Shown here piece by piece: positions 39,370 to 52,169 of a stretch of 64,000 nt of DNA. Under the pieces are notes generated by a model, which was not told the DNA's origin, did not search any database, and saw nothing but the letters and a program-made list of their open reading frames with translations. Source of the stretch: Eledone cirrhosa (lineage: Eukaryota); assembly GCA_964016885.1 (NCBI GenBank), contig OZ024754.1, positions 39,184,001 through 39,248,000 of the forward strand, in the 5' to 3' direction. Each line of letters opens with the position of its first letter. Positions within the stretch are counted from its first letter, which is position 1. The translations under genes were made by a program, and so were the position numbers.

Positions 39370-41453
39370 TTAACCCAGCTTCTCCCTGAACTCATCCAAG
39401 CTCTGCCTTTCTTACATTGCACATCCAACAAAGCATGGTTTGGTTACTTCATTTCTCTCCAGTTTATGCATGTCCTCTGCAGTTACACCCCATGTTTCAC
39501 TACCATGCAGCATTGCACTTCACACACAGGCATCATATTATTTTATCTTATTTCATATTATTATTATATTTTAGCCGAGGTTGACTTTGCCTTTCATCCT
39601 TATGGGGTCGATAAAATAAAGTACCAGTAATACCCTGGGTAATTGCTGGCCTTGTGCCTAAAGTAGAAACAATTATTATATTTTATAATATAATAATATT
39701 ATAAAATATAATAATATTATTATATTATAAAAGGTTAACTTGCCTTTCATCCTCACGGGGTCGATAAAATAAAGTACCAGTAATGTACTGAGATAATTGC
39801 TGGCCTTGTGCCAAAAGTAGAAACAATTATTCTATTTTATATTTTATTTGAATCCCAACTAAGTTTATTTGTTAATAGATATTATTCATCACCAACTCCA
39901 GCTGTCAATGGTTTTGTTATTGATAGCCATTCACCATTGTATGTTTATTGTTGTGCTTGTAGTTGTTGCTTTTAATACTTTGTCATGTATTATTAGAAAT
40001 AAAAGGTATAGATAGATTTATTATCATCTCTCTGTGTTATGTTTTTGTTTCCTTTTTATGATCCAAAATATATTTGAAAAAAAAAAAATTATTTTCTTTT
40101 CCCTTGAATTTTTTTAATTACTTGACAAGAATTGATCTTGTGATGTTTTGTGTGTGTGTGTGTGTCTGTGTGGATGTATGTGGGGGTTGTATGTGTCTGT
40201 GAATGTGTGTAGTGGTGGTTGTATGTGTCTGGGTGTTTTGTGGGTGTGGGTGTCGATGGGTGTGTGTTTGTGTAGATGTATGTTGGGTTGTGTATGTATG
40301 TGTGTGTGTGTAGATGTATGTTGGGTTTGTGTGTGTGTGTGTGTGTGTCGGTGGATGTGGGAGGATGGGTCAGTTTTAGCTGTTTCTTCGGGGAAGGAAA
40401 GACAATGTCAAAGACCTTTTTCATAGCTTCTGAACCTGGTGGATGAGAGAGAGGGAATGTGGAAGGCCTCCTCTCCTTAAACCAGTCACCTGGTCTGAAT
40501 GCTTGCAATACAACAGAACGAACTCTGCTTAAAGCAACCAGGCCATGTGGTGATATTATGTTAACCCTTTTTGGAACAAAACTACACTTTTTAAAGGGCT
40601 CCTATTTAAACCTTCAAATATAATTTTAGTAATTCTCTCTAAATAATTAATTCAAATATTTTATTAGAAATCTAGTAACAAACAATAGATTGGGTCTCCC
40701 ACCCAAGTAAGCAACCAAGGGATTTGAACTTGGAACACAAAAGAGATGGAACTTTGGACTTCAGTTTAATGCTGTGTATTTTTGCCTTAATGCTGCTTGG
40801 CAGCTGGTAACCTTTGTTTATATCCTGCATAAACATCTCCTTCAGCTCAAATCAGCATGTGTTTTGCAAAAAAGTATCAAATGCCCGTAGCTCATGTTGA
40901 AATTGTACTGGTGCTGTGATGGGTATTTTAAACCTGGCAGAGCCCATCCTTCTAAACACAGCTGATTCTTTACACAGGGAGAAAGAATTTACCCCTGTAC
41001 TGGACTGATATTTTATTTATTGACCTCAAAAGGATGAAAGGTAATGTCAACCTTGGTGGGATTTGAACTCAGAACAATGAGCCAGAACAAATACTGAGAT
41101 ATGTTTAATCAAATGCCTTAACGAGTCTGTCAATATGCCACCTTAATAAGTGCCATTCTTAGAAAGAAATTCTAATAGTAAAAGGTTAGTGTGAGGATGG
41201 ACATTTGGTTATAGAAAATTACTTTAAAAAAGTCTTGTCTACTTGAAGCTAGCATAGAAATATGGTCAAGAAAATGATGATGGTGGTAATGATGGTGGTG
41301 ATGATAATGATGATTATGATTAAATATGCAATAAGCACTTCAAATCCCCAAGGCAAACTCGGTTTATACTTATATATGAACTCTTGTTTCTCTTTATCCA
41401 TTTCAACAAACATGAGTCACTATTTTAAGCATTTAGCTTCAAGGAAATATAAC

Positions 41454-41533
<80 letters not shown>

Positions 41534-41565
41534 TGTGTGTGTGTGTGTTAAGTATTTCAATACAA

Positions 41566-41682
41566 AGGTCTGACGACATGGTGTGTTTGCTTACAGTGTA
41601 CCTTCGGTTTATGATAATATTTTTATATTATTCAAATAGCGAGGTATAGGTAACCCATACACTATAGAAACAATTGTTACCT
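41566..41682 (+). ncRNA. Type I hammerhead ribozyme motif with extended (~90 nt) stem II
   Basis: AGGT-CTGACGA-c-ATGGTGTGT...ATACACTAT-a-GAAAC-AATT-GTT-ACCT. Stem I AGGT/ACCT; palindrome ACAATTGT; the insert folds as a long hairpin. Confidence 0.7.
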
Positions 41683-41726
41683 AATAAATTCTGTATACCC
41701 GCATTTCCATTTCATAAACTTCTTCT

Positions 41727-41770
<44 letters not shown>

Positions 41771-41861
41771 TAAGTATTTCCATAGAAAAGGTAAAGGAAA
41801 GAAGCGTGCTCAATGTATTGTACAGAGCTATTTAATTACATAATAAACAACAGAATATAAT

Positions 41862-41931
41862 TATTCCATTACTGAAGGTTTCGAGAAACTAGATGATTCT
41901 TACAGAAACGTCTAGCTCGGTCGTCAGACAA

Positions 41932-41935
<4 letters not shown>
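41862..41935 (-). ncRNA. Degenerate hammerhead motif
   Basis: Minus strand reads TGTTTTGT-CTGACGA-CCGAGCTAGA..TCTAGTTTCTC-GAAAC-CTTCA-GTA-ATGGAATA. Stem I arms resemble those of the 42244 motif but are G-U rich. Confidence 0.5.
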
Positions 41936-41994
<59 letters not shown>

Positions 41995-42161
41995 TCATCA
42001 TCAGAAAGGGTGTGGTAAAATACCAGGTGGACCATAACCCACCAGAGTACTCGATACTTGGGGTAGTAGAGTGGGTAATATGAAAAGATTCAGGACTCCG
42101 ACGGCTGAGATGGATCTAGCTGTCGAAACGGCCAGAGGTCAGCCGTCAAGGTCCTGAATCT

Positions 42162-42203
<42 letters not shown>

Positions 42204-42243
42204 GATATTAAATAAATGGAAACTATATTTATAAAACCATATT

Positions 42244-42309
42244 TATTTCATTATATATATTTCAGGGATATCATATTAACAATATGTTATGCCTTCTTCA
42301 GACAAAATA
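42244..42309 (-). ncRNA. Type I hammerhead ribozyme motif
   Basis: Minus strand reads TATTTTGT-CTGAAGA-AGGCATAACATATT(GTT)AATATGATATCCCT-GAAA-TATATA-TA-ATGAAATA. Stem I 8 bp with 2 G-U; stem II 12 of 14 paired; palindromic stem III. Confidence 0.75.
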
Positions 42310-42388
42310 CAATATAGACAGTTTTATAGATAAATAGATTTGACATGCCGTTCAACATCGACTTGTATTTGAAAAAGTTGATTTGGCA

Positions 42389-42429
<41 letters not shown>

Positions 42430-42502
42430 GTATTGTATTTTCCTCATATTTTTGGTATCTAAATTACATTCTTTATCTCTTTTTTTATGTTGTTCCTTTT
42501 AG

Positions 42503-42657
42503 GATTTTGTTCCCCTCTATCAAAGCTGGGAAAGTTTCTACACTAGAAACCTGTATCGAAGAATAAGTGATTGTTGGAATCGTCCAGTTTGTACGGCTCC
42601 AGGAGCAGAAATAGATGTCTTAGAACGGGTATCTCCAGACTTTGGTTGGAACTGGAA
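42503..42657 (+). CDS. SPTLC2: SPTLC2-like coding exon (155 bp, phase 0/2)
   Basis: tttttAG acceptor; encodes [51 protein letters not shown]; GTAAGC donor. FYTRNLY..I.D.WNRP is a conserved LCB2 motif. Confidence 0.95.
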
Positions 42658-45011
42658 GTAAGCTTTCATTTTTGATATTGAATTTATATTTAGATTTTAA
42701 ACATTCTTCACTTGTGTTCTTTATATATATTATATATATATATAATATATATACATACACACACACACACACACACACACTTGTGTGTTTATAATAATAA
42801 TAATAATGAAATTATTGTGTACAGTGCTCAGGTGCACTACAACTCATCAAAGGTGCATGTATAGTACATAGAATAATGTACAAATGTCAGGAAAATGAAC
42901 AGTGTATGAGTCATGATATAATAATAATAATAATAATAATAATGAAATATTGTGTACAGTGCCCAGGTGCACCACAACTCATCAAAAAAGTGCATGTACA
43001 TACAGTACATAGGGCAATGCACAAACATCAGTAAAATGAACAGTGCACGAGTCATGATACACACATGTGTGCATGTGTATGGAAGGGGTACATCAGGTAT
43101 AGTTTTGGCGTATTTCGGGAAGCATGAGTGTCTTAAAGGATGCAGTGTCTCGGCAGCTAACAATTGACGCAGGCAGTTTGTTCCATGCTTCAGCAACTCT
43201 GAGCGATATTTAATTATTGTAATGGGATATTATTTTAAGATAAGGCCACAAAATTTATATGAAATATTATATACTGGTGGATCTATAATATTTAATAACT
43301 TGGACCCTGTACTGCCGAGTTCCTCCACAAGATCGGAATGTTGGCGGGGGGCCCATCTGAGGAAGGAGCCCCACAAGATGAGGTGGCTGTTGCAGCGGTG
43401 TCATTGGCCATTGTCTGCGGGGCACAGGCCCATTACCGCTATGCCCTAGGCCCAGAGCTCAATCCCCCCTCCCCATCCTTCTGTAACACAAGAGCCCTTG
43501 CCATTCCTTTCCTTTTCCGTTTTTTTTTCTTTATATTTTCTTATTTTACATTACATTCTCTCTTCTCAATCTAAATTTTCTTTTTTTTTTTTTTTTCTTT
43601 TTCTATTAAATTGTATTTACATGATATAATTTTACTTAGGAAAAAAAAATTTAATAACTGAGATATAATTTTAAGATGAGGTTACAAAATTTATATTAAA
43701 ATATTATATACTGATGTGTTTATATTTAAGAACTGCAATGGGATATAATTTTAATATGAGGTTACAAAGTTCAAATATATATATATATAACATTTAAAAT
43801 TTGTGCTTGTGTCATCATCATCATCATCATCATCATTTAACATCTATTTTCCATGCTAAATAATATCTTTAAGTTTATTATATTAATACAGCACAATAAC
43901 ATTTCATACATTCTTGAGTTTTTTTTATAATTTCAAATGTTTGTGTGTTTGTTTTTATGTGTGTGTATATATTCGTGTGGGTGTGTTTAACTGTTGAGAC
44001 GTGGGTGTGGAAGATCAGTACTCATGATTCTTTCCAAAGTCTCCAAGACTGTAATGGGGTGGGGAGAGGTAGGAAAGAAAGTATCGTTGAATCAAATCTC
44101 CAAATGCTTGCGACAGATTATACTCTACTAAAGACATCCAACAACCATGTTGGGGTGTTAAGCTGGGTGACAGGTTAAGTCAGCCACTGGAGTAGGCCAC
44201 ACTGGGATTTGAACTCAGAACGCAAAGAGCCAGAACTGACACTCTAACAATTTCGCCACTCCACTGCATATGTATCTAGTTTAGAATAGGTGCATCATGA
44301 CTCTGTATATCATAGGGTTATGGTAAAATCTCCTTCGGTCACGAACAACCATGGGTTTTGCACCTAGTCCCTCTCCAAAGCACAAGTCTAGGCAATGTTT
44401 TTTGTTTGTTTTTTTGTTGTTTTTTTGTGTGTGGAAGACCAGCAGTCACCCATGCATACCAGTCTCTCCTCTCCATGCCACCAATGTTGTCCAAGGGAAA
44501 GGCAATGGCCAATACAGCTTGGCACCAGGGACATTGCAACTCATTTCTACAGCTGAGTAAATTGGAGCAACGTGAAATAAAATGTCTTGCTCAAGGATAC
44601 AACACATTGCTCGGTCCAGGAATCAAACTCATGACCTCGTGATTGTGAATCCCACATTCTAACCACTTAACTACATCTCATGAGAAGTGACTAAAAGGGT
44701 TGGTGTCCGGATGAACATAAAACATTGCCCCAAAATATCATGTCCAACCCATGCCAATATGAAATGATGATGATGATCGTGATTGCTTTAGACTGGTACT
44801 ATATTATAACAACTTTGAATGAATGAAAGGTTGAGTTGACCAGGGCAGAATTTGAACTCAGAGTGTTGTGAGCTAGAACAAATACTGCAAGGCCTCATGT
44901 TCCATGTTGGGATTTCATCAGTGACTGAGCATCTTTTTAACTCTCCAACTGGCTATAAATCTATAGATATAGTCTGTAGTACAGTACCATTTGGGGACCT
45001 TCCCATGGATT

Positions 45012-46496
45012 GTCCTTCCTATCACCAACACTAGGACAGTTGACATGTCTTTGACTCAACTGAAGAGTCCTTCCTATCACCAACACTAGGACAGTTGACA
45101 TGTCTTTGACTCAACTGAAGAGTCCTTCCTATCACCAACACTAGGGCAGTTGTCATGTCTTTGACACAACTGAAGAGTCCTTCCTATCACCAACACTAGG
45201 ACAGTTGACATGTCTTTGACTCAACTGAAGGGTCCTTCCTATCACCAACACTAGGGCAGTTGACATGTCTTTGACTCAACTGAAGAGTCCTTCCTATCAC
45301 CAACACTAGGACAGTTGACATGTCTTTGACTCAACTGAAGGGTCCTTCCTATCACCAACACTAGGGCAGTTGACATGTCTTTGACTCAACTGAAGAGTCC
45401 TTCCTATCACCAACACTAGGGCAGTTGTCATGTCTTTGACTCAACTGAAGAGTCCTTCCTATCACCAAAACTAGGACAGTTGACATGTCTTTGACTCAAC
45501 TGAAGGGTCCTTCCTATCACCAACACTAGGACAGTTGACATGTCTTTGACTCAACTGAAGAGTCCTTCCTATCACCAACACTAGGACAGTTAACATGTCT
45601 TTGACTCAACTGAAGGGTCCTTCCTATCACCAACACTAGGGCAGTTGACATGTCTTTGACTCAACTGAAGAGTCCTTCCTATCACCAACACTAGGGCAGT
45701 TGACATGTCTTTGACACAACTGAAGAGTCCTTCCTATCACCAACACTAGGGCAGTTGACATGTCTTTGACACAACTGAAGGGTCCTTTCTATCACCAACA
45801 CTAGGGCAGTTGACATGCCTTTGACTCAACTGAAGGGTCCTTTCTATCACCAACACTAGGACAGTTGACATGTCTTTGACTCAATTGAAGAGTCCTTCCT
45901 ATCACCAACACTAGGGCAGTTGACATGTCTTTGACTCAACTGAAGAGTCCTTCCTATCACCAACACTAGGACAGTTGACATGTCTTTGACTCAACTGAAG
46001 AGTCCTTCCTATCACCAACACTAGGACAGTTGACATGTCTTTGACTCAACTGAAGAGTCCTTCCTATCACCAACACTAGGACAGTTGACATGTCTTTGAC
46101 TCAACTGAAGAGTCCTTCCTATCACCAACACTAGGGCAGTTGACATGTCTTTGACTCAACTGAAAAGTCCTTCCTATCACCAACACTAGGACAGTTGACA
46201 TGTCTTTGACTCAACTGAAGAGTCCTTCCTATCACCAACACTAGGGCAGTTGACATGTCTTTGACACAACTGAAGAGTCCTTCCTATCACCAACACTAGG
46301 ACAGTTGACATGTCTTTGACTCAACTGAAGAGTCCTTCCTATCACCAACACTAGGGCAGTTGACATGTCTTTGACACAACTGAAGAGTCCTTCCTATCAC
46401 CAACACTAGGGCAGTTGACATGTCTTTGACACAACTGAAGGGTCCTTTCTATCACCAACACTAGGGCAGTTGACATGTCTTTGACTCGAAGGGTCC
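45012..46496. repeat. 54/55-bp minisatellite (~27 copies)
   Basis: Unit GTCCTTCCTATCACCAACACTAGG(A/GG)CAGTTGACATGTCTTTGACTCAACTGAAGA. Confidence 0.95.
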
Positions 46497-46809
46497 TCTC
46501 AGCTACTTTATTTATTGATCTCAAAAAGATGAACAACAAAGTTGACCTTAGTGTAATTTGAACTCCGATCTGAGTAAAGAGACCCAGAAGATATATGTTG
46601 AAGTAATTAATACAGTCCTCTCACTACTCTGTTAATTCACCAACTTTCAGGTGTGGTACCTGTAGAGCTGACACCAAAACCTAGTCAAACGTGACGTATC
46701 TTTTCAAGTTAATTGTAAAAAACCTAATTGATTTTTCTGTTAATATTGATTTAATGCTGCACAAGTTGATGACATTATCTACCTGAGTTAATGAGATTGT
46801 TTCAGTCTG

Positions 46810-47954
46810 CTGTACTATGTACAGGTGATATGGTTCACTACTGTACTATGTACAGGTGATATGGTTCACTACTGTACTATGTACAGGTGATATGGTTCAC
46901 TACTGTACTATGTACAGGTGATATGGTTCACTACTGTACTATGTACAGGTTATATGGTTCACTACTGTACTATGTACAGGTGATATGGTCCACTACTGTC
47001 CTATGTACAGGTGATATGGTCCACTACTGTCCTATGTACAGGTGATATGGTCCACTACTGTCCTATGTACAGGTGATATGGTCCACTACTGTCCTATGTA
47101 CAGGTTATATGGTTCACTACTGTACTATGTACAGGTGATATGGTCCACTACTGTCCTATGTACAGGTGATATGGTTCACTACTGTACTATGTACAGGTGA
47201 TATGGTCCACTACTGTCCTATGTACAGGTGATATGGTCCACTACTGTACTATGTACAGGTGATATGGTTCACTACTGTACTATGTACAGGTGATATGGTC
47301 CACTACTGTACTATGTACAGGTGATATGGTCCACTACTGTACTATGTACAGGTGATATGGTCCACTACTGTACTATGTACAGGTGATATGGTTCACTACT
47401 GTACTATGTACAGGTGATATGGTTCACTACTGTACTATGTACAGGTGATATGGTTCACTACTGTCCTATGTACAGGTGATATGGTTCACTACTGTACTAT
47501 GTACAGGTGATATGGTTCACTACTGTACTATGTACAGGTGATATGGTCCACTACTGTCCTATGTACAGGTGATATGGTTCACTACTGTCCTATGTACAGG
47601 TGATATGGTTCACTACTGTCCTATGTACAGGTGATATGGTTCACTACTGTACTATGTACAGGTGATATGGTTCACTACTGTACTATGTACAGGTGATATG
47701 GTTCACTACTGTCCTATGTACAGGTGATATGGTTCACTACTGTCCTATGTACAGGTGATATGGTTCACTACTGTACTATGTACAGGTGATATGGTTCACT
47801 ACTGTACTATGTACAGGTGATATGGTTCACTACTGTACTATGTACAGGTGATATGGTTCACTACTGTACTATGTACAGGTGATATGGTCCACTACTGTAC
47901 TATGTACAGGTGATATGGTCCACTACTGTACTATGTACAGGTGATATGGTTCAC
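46810..47954. repeat. 31-bp minisatellite (~37 copies)
   Basis: Unit CTGTACTATGTACAGGTGATATGGTTCACTA. Confidence 0.95.
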
Positions 47955-48442
47955 TTCACAGTTGCTACTGTTTGGCTGGTAAAACAGAAACATTCAACTG
48001 ATATGTCAATACCACAACTAACACTACCACTACTACAACAACCAACACTACCATTACTGCAACCACCAACACCACTACAACTACAACCACCAACACTACA
48101 ACCACCACCACAACCTCCAACATCAGCACCATTGCCCACCCCACCCTCTAACTTATTTCAACACTATCCAAATCTAGTGCAGGAGACTCTACACTGTTGC
48201 TTACCCTGTTAAAAATAACAGCTAAATCTTCCTCAAATCACAGCCTACTAGCTTTAAAAAATAGAAAAAGAAAGGCCCCATTACCTAACACAGTGATAGT
48301 TACACTATCTAAATATAAGATGAACTGCCACAATCCACCTAGGTGTCTAGGTACCCAGTCATGTTATCTGCAATACACTACTAACCTATCCTATGTTAGC
48401 GGGGTCACACCAAATGGTTTGTGGTATTTGTTTTGACATTTT

Positions 48443-48789
48443 GGAGGTACATGGCTTAGTGGTTAGAGCATTGGCCTTGCAATCGAAAGGTTGTGAGTTC
48501 AATTTCCAGACCAGGTGATGTGTGGTTTCCTTGAGCAAGACACTTTATTTCACATTGCTCCAGTTTACTCAGCTGTAGAAATGAGATGATAGGGACTGAG
48601 GTCCCTATCATTCCACTGCAAAGTGGTCGTGGAGGTGCCACGGCATAAAAGCACCCAGCCCACACTGTAAATGAGGTTGGTGTTAGGAAGGGCATCCAGC
48701 TGTAGAAATCAAGCCAGAACCAGTTCCCGTCCCACCCTTGCAAGCAGGGAAAAAGCGGACGTAAAATGAAATGATGAAATGATGATGAT
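48443..48789 (+). mobile_element. SINE family A copy
   Basis: Near-identical to the 28509 copy. Confidence 0.9.
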
Positions 48790-49394
48790 TTTGTCTTCTG
48801 AGTTCAAATAACTGCTGTGGCCTATATCGGTAGTAGACTTAATCCAGTAGGGGGTGGAAATGATATTTACAGGTCGCACCTATGTAGGTTTAATTGACCT
48901 CTTACAAGATTCTATCTCGTAGGAGGTTTCTTTTGAGTGGGGGTATAATTATAAAGAAGCCAGTTTGAAATTGTTGTTGCTGCTGAAAACTATATAAGTT
49001 TAGCTGACCTTTTACAAGGTTTATCTCATAGGTTCCTTGTTTGTTTTAACGATAGAGGTCCAATCCTATCATGTTGAAGTTACAGCCTATACCCATGTAG
49101 GTTTAACTGCTTTCACTTTCACACAAGGTTATATCTCATAGCAGGGTTTTTTTTTTAGCGTTTTAATGATAGGGACCCTAAACTTATCACATTGTTATAG
49201 CTCACATCAAAGAATGCGAATTATGCAGTGTGGGGGTGCCTAGATGGACTGGGTTCTGGTGTTGGGCATGCGGGGGTCACACTTGCAGGATGGGGTCATT
49301 GTGTGTAGCTGCAGACTGCATGGCACCTCTTAGTATGCCCCGTGCTGGGGCACCCCTTCTCAGCATTGGATTGGCGGAGTTTGGTGGAAGAGGA

Positions 49395-49557
49395 CAGCGA
49401 TAAAATTCCATTATAATGAATTTTTCAGTATAACAAATTTTTTTTCAATCCCTGAGGTAATAACAAACAAACAAACACTTGATTAGTTTTGGTCGATCTC
49501 ATCATAATTAATTTTATTTTAAACTCCTTGAATTTCGTTATAACAGAATCTCACTGT
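49395..49557. mobile_element. Degenerate pogo/Tigger-like MITE
   Basis: Right end ATTTCGTTATAACAGAATCTCACTG-TA (CAGT terminus); left TIR degraded. Confidence 0.45.
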
Positions 49558-49587
49558 ATATATTTCTATCATATCTGAAGTAGATCT

Positions 49588-50023
49588 TTTTTCAAATACC
49601 ACTTTGGAAGAAGAATCAGGATGGAGAGAGAGGTGCTGTACCCCAGCAAGTTTTATGAAAGGTGGGTGAAAGTGGCGAGAATGGCCCGAGTGAATGGGCC
49701 TTCTCTCTATGTCAGCCTGTAGGTTGAGGAAAAGGAGGAGGAGAGGAAAGGAGTACAAGCTCTTCGTGCTCCTGGAGATGAGGGTTGCACATTTTTTTTC
49801 GGGGGGTATGTGTTACCCATATAAACTGTCTCCCTCTATTGGGGAAAATCGACTAACTTTTAAATTCCATCTGTGATAACATTTTACACGTTTTTATTGT
49901 ATGTAAACTTCCCCCTTTGTATTTGTCCCCTTCTTTTGTGCCCCTGTGGCTAATAAAGAAATATATCTATCTATCTTTGTATTTGTCCCCTTCTTTTGTG
50001 CCCCTGTGGCTAATAAAGAAATA
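49588..50023 (+). mobile_element. 5'-truncated non-LTR element (L1/Tx1-like 3' end) with 21-bp target-site duplication
   Basis: TATCATATCTGAAGTAGATCT at 49567-49587 and 50024-50044; AATAAA-containing tail duplicated; the same 3' end recurs at ~20787-20975. Clade assignment rests only on a C-terminal FYERW-like motif. Confidence 0.7.
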
Positions 50024-50110
50024 TATCATATCTGAAGTAGATCTATTTTAGCTTCAGTTATTTTATTTTAAACTTTCTTTTATTGGTTTTCTTAACTTTA
50101 ACTCTTCTAG

Positions 50111-50256
50111 TTTGACCGGGAAGAAGAAAAGAGTGATGAATTTTGGTTCCTATAACTATCTTGGGTTTGGTCAAAACTACGGCCAGTGTACTGATGATGT
50201 CCAAGCCATCATAGAATCTCACGGAGTTGGTTCTTGTGCCAGTCGTCATGGCTTAG
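50111..50256 (+). CDS. SPTLC2: SPTLC2-like coding exon (146 bp, phase 2/1)
   Basis: ttctAG acceptor; encodes LTGKKKRVMNFGSYNYLGFGQNYG...VGSCASRHGL; GTAAAT donor. Contains the GSYNYLGF motif. Confidence 0.95.
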
Positions 50257-50306
50257 GTAAATCTCTGTTTAATATTGCTAATTCCAGTGTTGCATTCATT
50301 TCTTAT

Positions 50307-50735
50307 ATGTATGTATGTATGTATATGTACATTCATACATACATGTATATATGTATGTATACATACATATATACATACATACATACATACATGTATATAT
50401 GTATGTATACGTACATTCATACATACATGTATATATGTATGTATACGTACATATATACATACATGTATATATGTATGTATACATACATATATACATACAT
50501 ACATACATATATGTATGTATACATACATATATACATACATACATCCATATATGCATGTATGCATACGTACATATATACGTACATTCATACATACATGTAT
50601 ATATGTATGTATACATATATACATACATACATACATACATACATCATCATCATCATCAGGTTTAGCGTCCGTGTTCCACGCTTGCATGGGTTTTATGTAT
50701 ACATACATACATACATACATACATACATACATACA

Positions 50736-50766
<31 letters not shown>

Positions 50767-51650
50767 GTATACATACATATATACATATGTATACATACAT
50801 ATGTATGTATACATACATATATACATACATACATATGTATGTATACATACATATATACATACATACATATGTATGTATACATACATATATACATACATAC
50901 ATATGTATGTATACATGTATGTATACATACATACATGTATATATGTATGTATACATACACACATACATACATACATGTATATATGTATGTATACATACAC
51001 ACATGGTGGCTGCCAACTCGTTTTCGAGTACGGCCACTACTTTATATCCATGTAGGAGAACCCCTACCGATGCGCTGAACGAATGTGACTTTTAAGTCCA
51101 GCCAGCGACTTGAAATTTCTGGTACAAACACTACACTTGTGACAATTATTGACACATAGTGCTGGGCCCATGGTACCATGTGACGACAAGTGCAGAGAGA
51201 TCTCCAGATATAAAGCAATGCCTGTGCCGTGAAGCTTTTATAGTGAGCAAAGGCACTGCACAAAGCCAGTCCCACTCTCTTAACCAAGAAGATATTTACC
51301 AAAAAGAACAACAAGTCAACATCATTGGATACCATCAGGGTTGCAGGTGTTATATCAGAGTTTTCCTTCTCCTAGAATTCTGCCTTGACAAAGGCTAAGG
51401 GGTCATCTCTCCCGGTGATTTATACATACATACATACATACATATATATGTACGTATACATACATATATACATACATACATATATATGTGCGTATACATA
51501 CATATATACATACATACATATATATGTATGTATACATACATATATACATACATACATACATACATATATATATGCATGTATACATACATATATACATACA
51601 TACATACATACATATATGCATGTATGCATACGTACATACATATATACATA
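50307..51650. repeat. Compound (TACA/TATG)n microsatellite field
   Basis: Read directly from the sequence; interrupted by the 50995 element. Confidence 0.9.
50995..51406 (-). mobile_element. ~400-bp bipartite RTE-derived non-autonomous element, copy 1
   Basis: Near-identical to 56783-57186. Minus strand has a CTAGGAGAAGGAAAACTCTG head motif and ends in (TATG)n. Confidence 0.65.
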
Positions 51651-51953
51651 ACTAACTAAAGCTGTCATTAGTTCTCTTGGTTTTCAGCCATTCAACTATC
51701 CACACTTGTTAAATATAAGTCATGTTTGTAAACATATTTCATTGACAGCAGTCCAATGACACCGCCCAACAATTGGCATGACATCAAGAAAATATCAAAT
51801 ATCACTTTGCTGACTAAACAGTGAAAAATAACTACTGTTCTATTATAAATTGAACTACGGACTCTAAAATGAACTCGGGGACAACATTATCAACAACAGA
51901 AGCTTTTACTTGCTCTACAGCTTCCCATCATCATCATCATCATCATTATTTAA

Positions 51954-52169
51954 CCCTTTAGCATTTAAACCAACCATATCCAGCCAGAATTCTCACCTTT
52001 TTTTTGTTCAAACCGTCACCAGCCACTCATACTGATGTTAAGGTATTGTTCTCAAAATAAATAATATCAATATCTCGTAGATTCGATATTATGTGAGATT
52101 AATATGTGAGGTAAAGCCTTTACCAAGAAAATACAATAGTGTATATAGAGTAATGTAAATGCTAAAGGG
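51954..52169. mobile_element. piggyBac-like MITE (opposite orientation)
   Basis: TTAA-CCCTTTAGCATTTA...TAAATGCTAAAGGG-TTAA; perfect 14-bp TIR. Confidence 0.88.

Noticed and set aside
45012-46496. CTGAAGA in each 55-bp unit as a tandem hammerhead (retrozyme) array
   Set aside because: No downstream GAAA, stem II or NUH site in the unit.
11650-47954. Regular ~30-55-bp arrays as CRISPR arrays
   Set aside because: Units are contiguous with no unique spacers, there are no cas genes, and the context is eukaryotic.
50257-51095. 327-aa ORF 50112-51095 and the many YI/HT/CV-rich ORFs
   Set aside because: Only 50111-50256 is exon; the rest is stop-free microsatellite translation.
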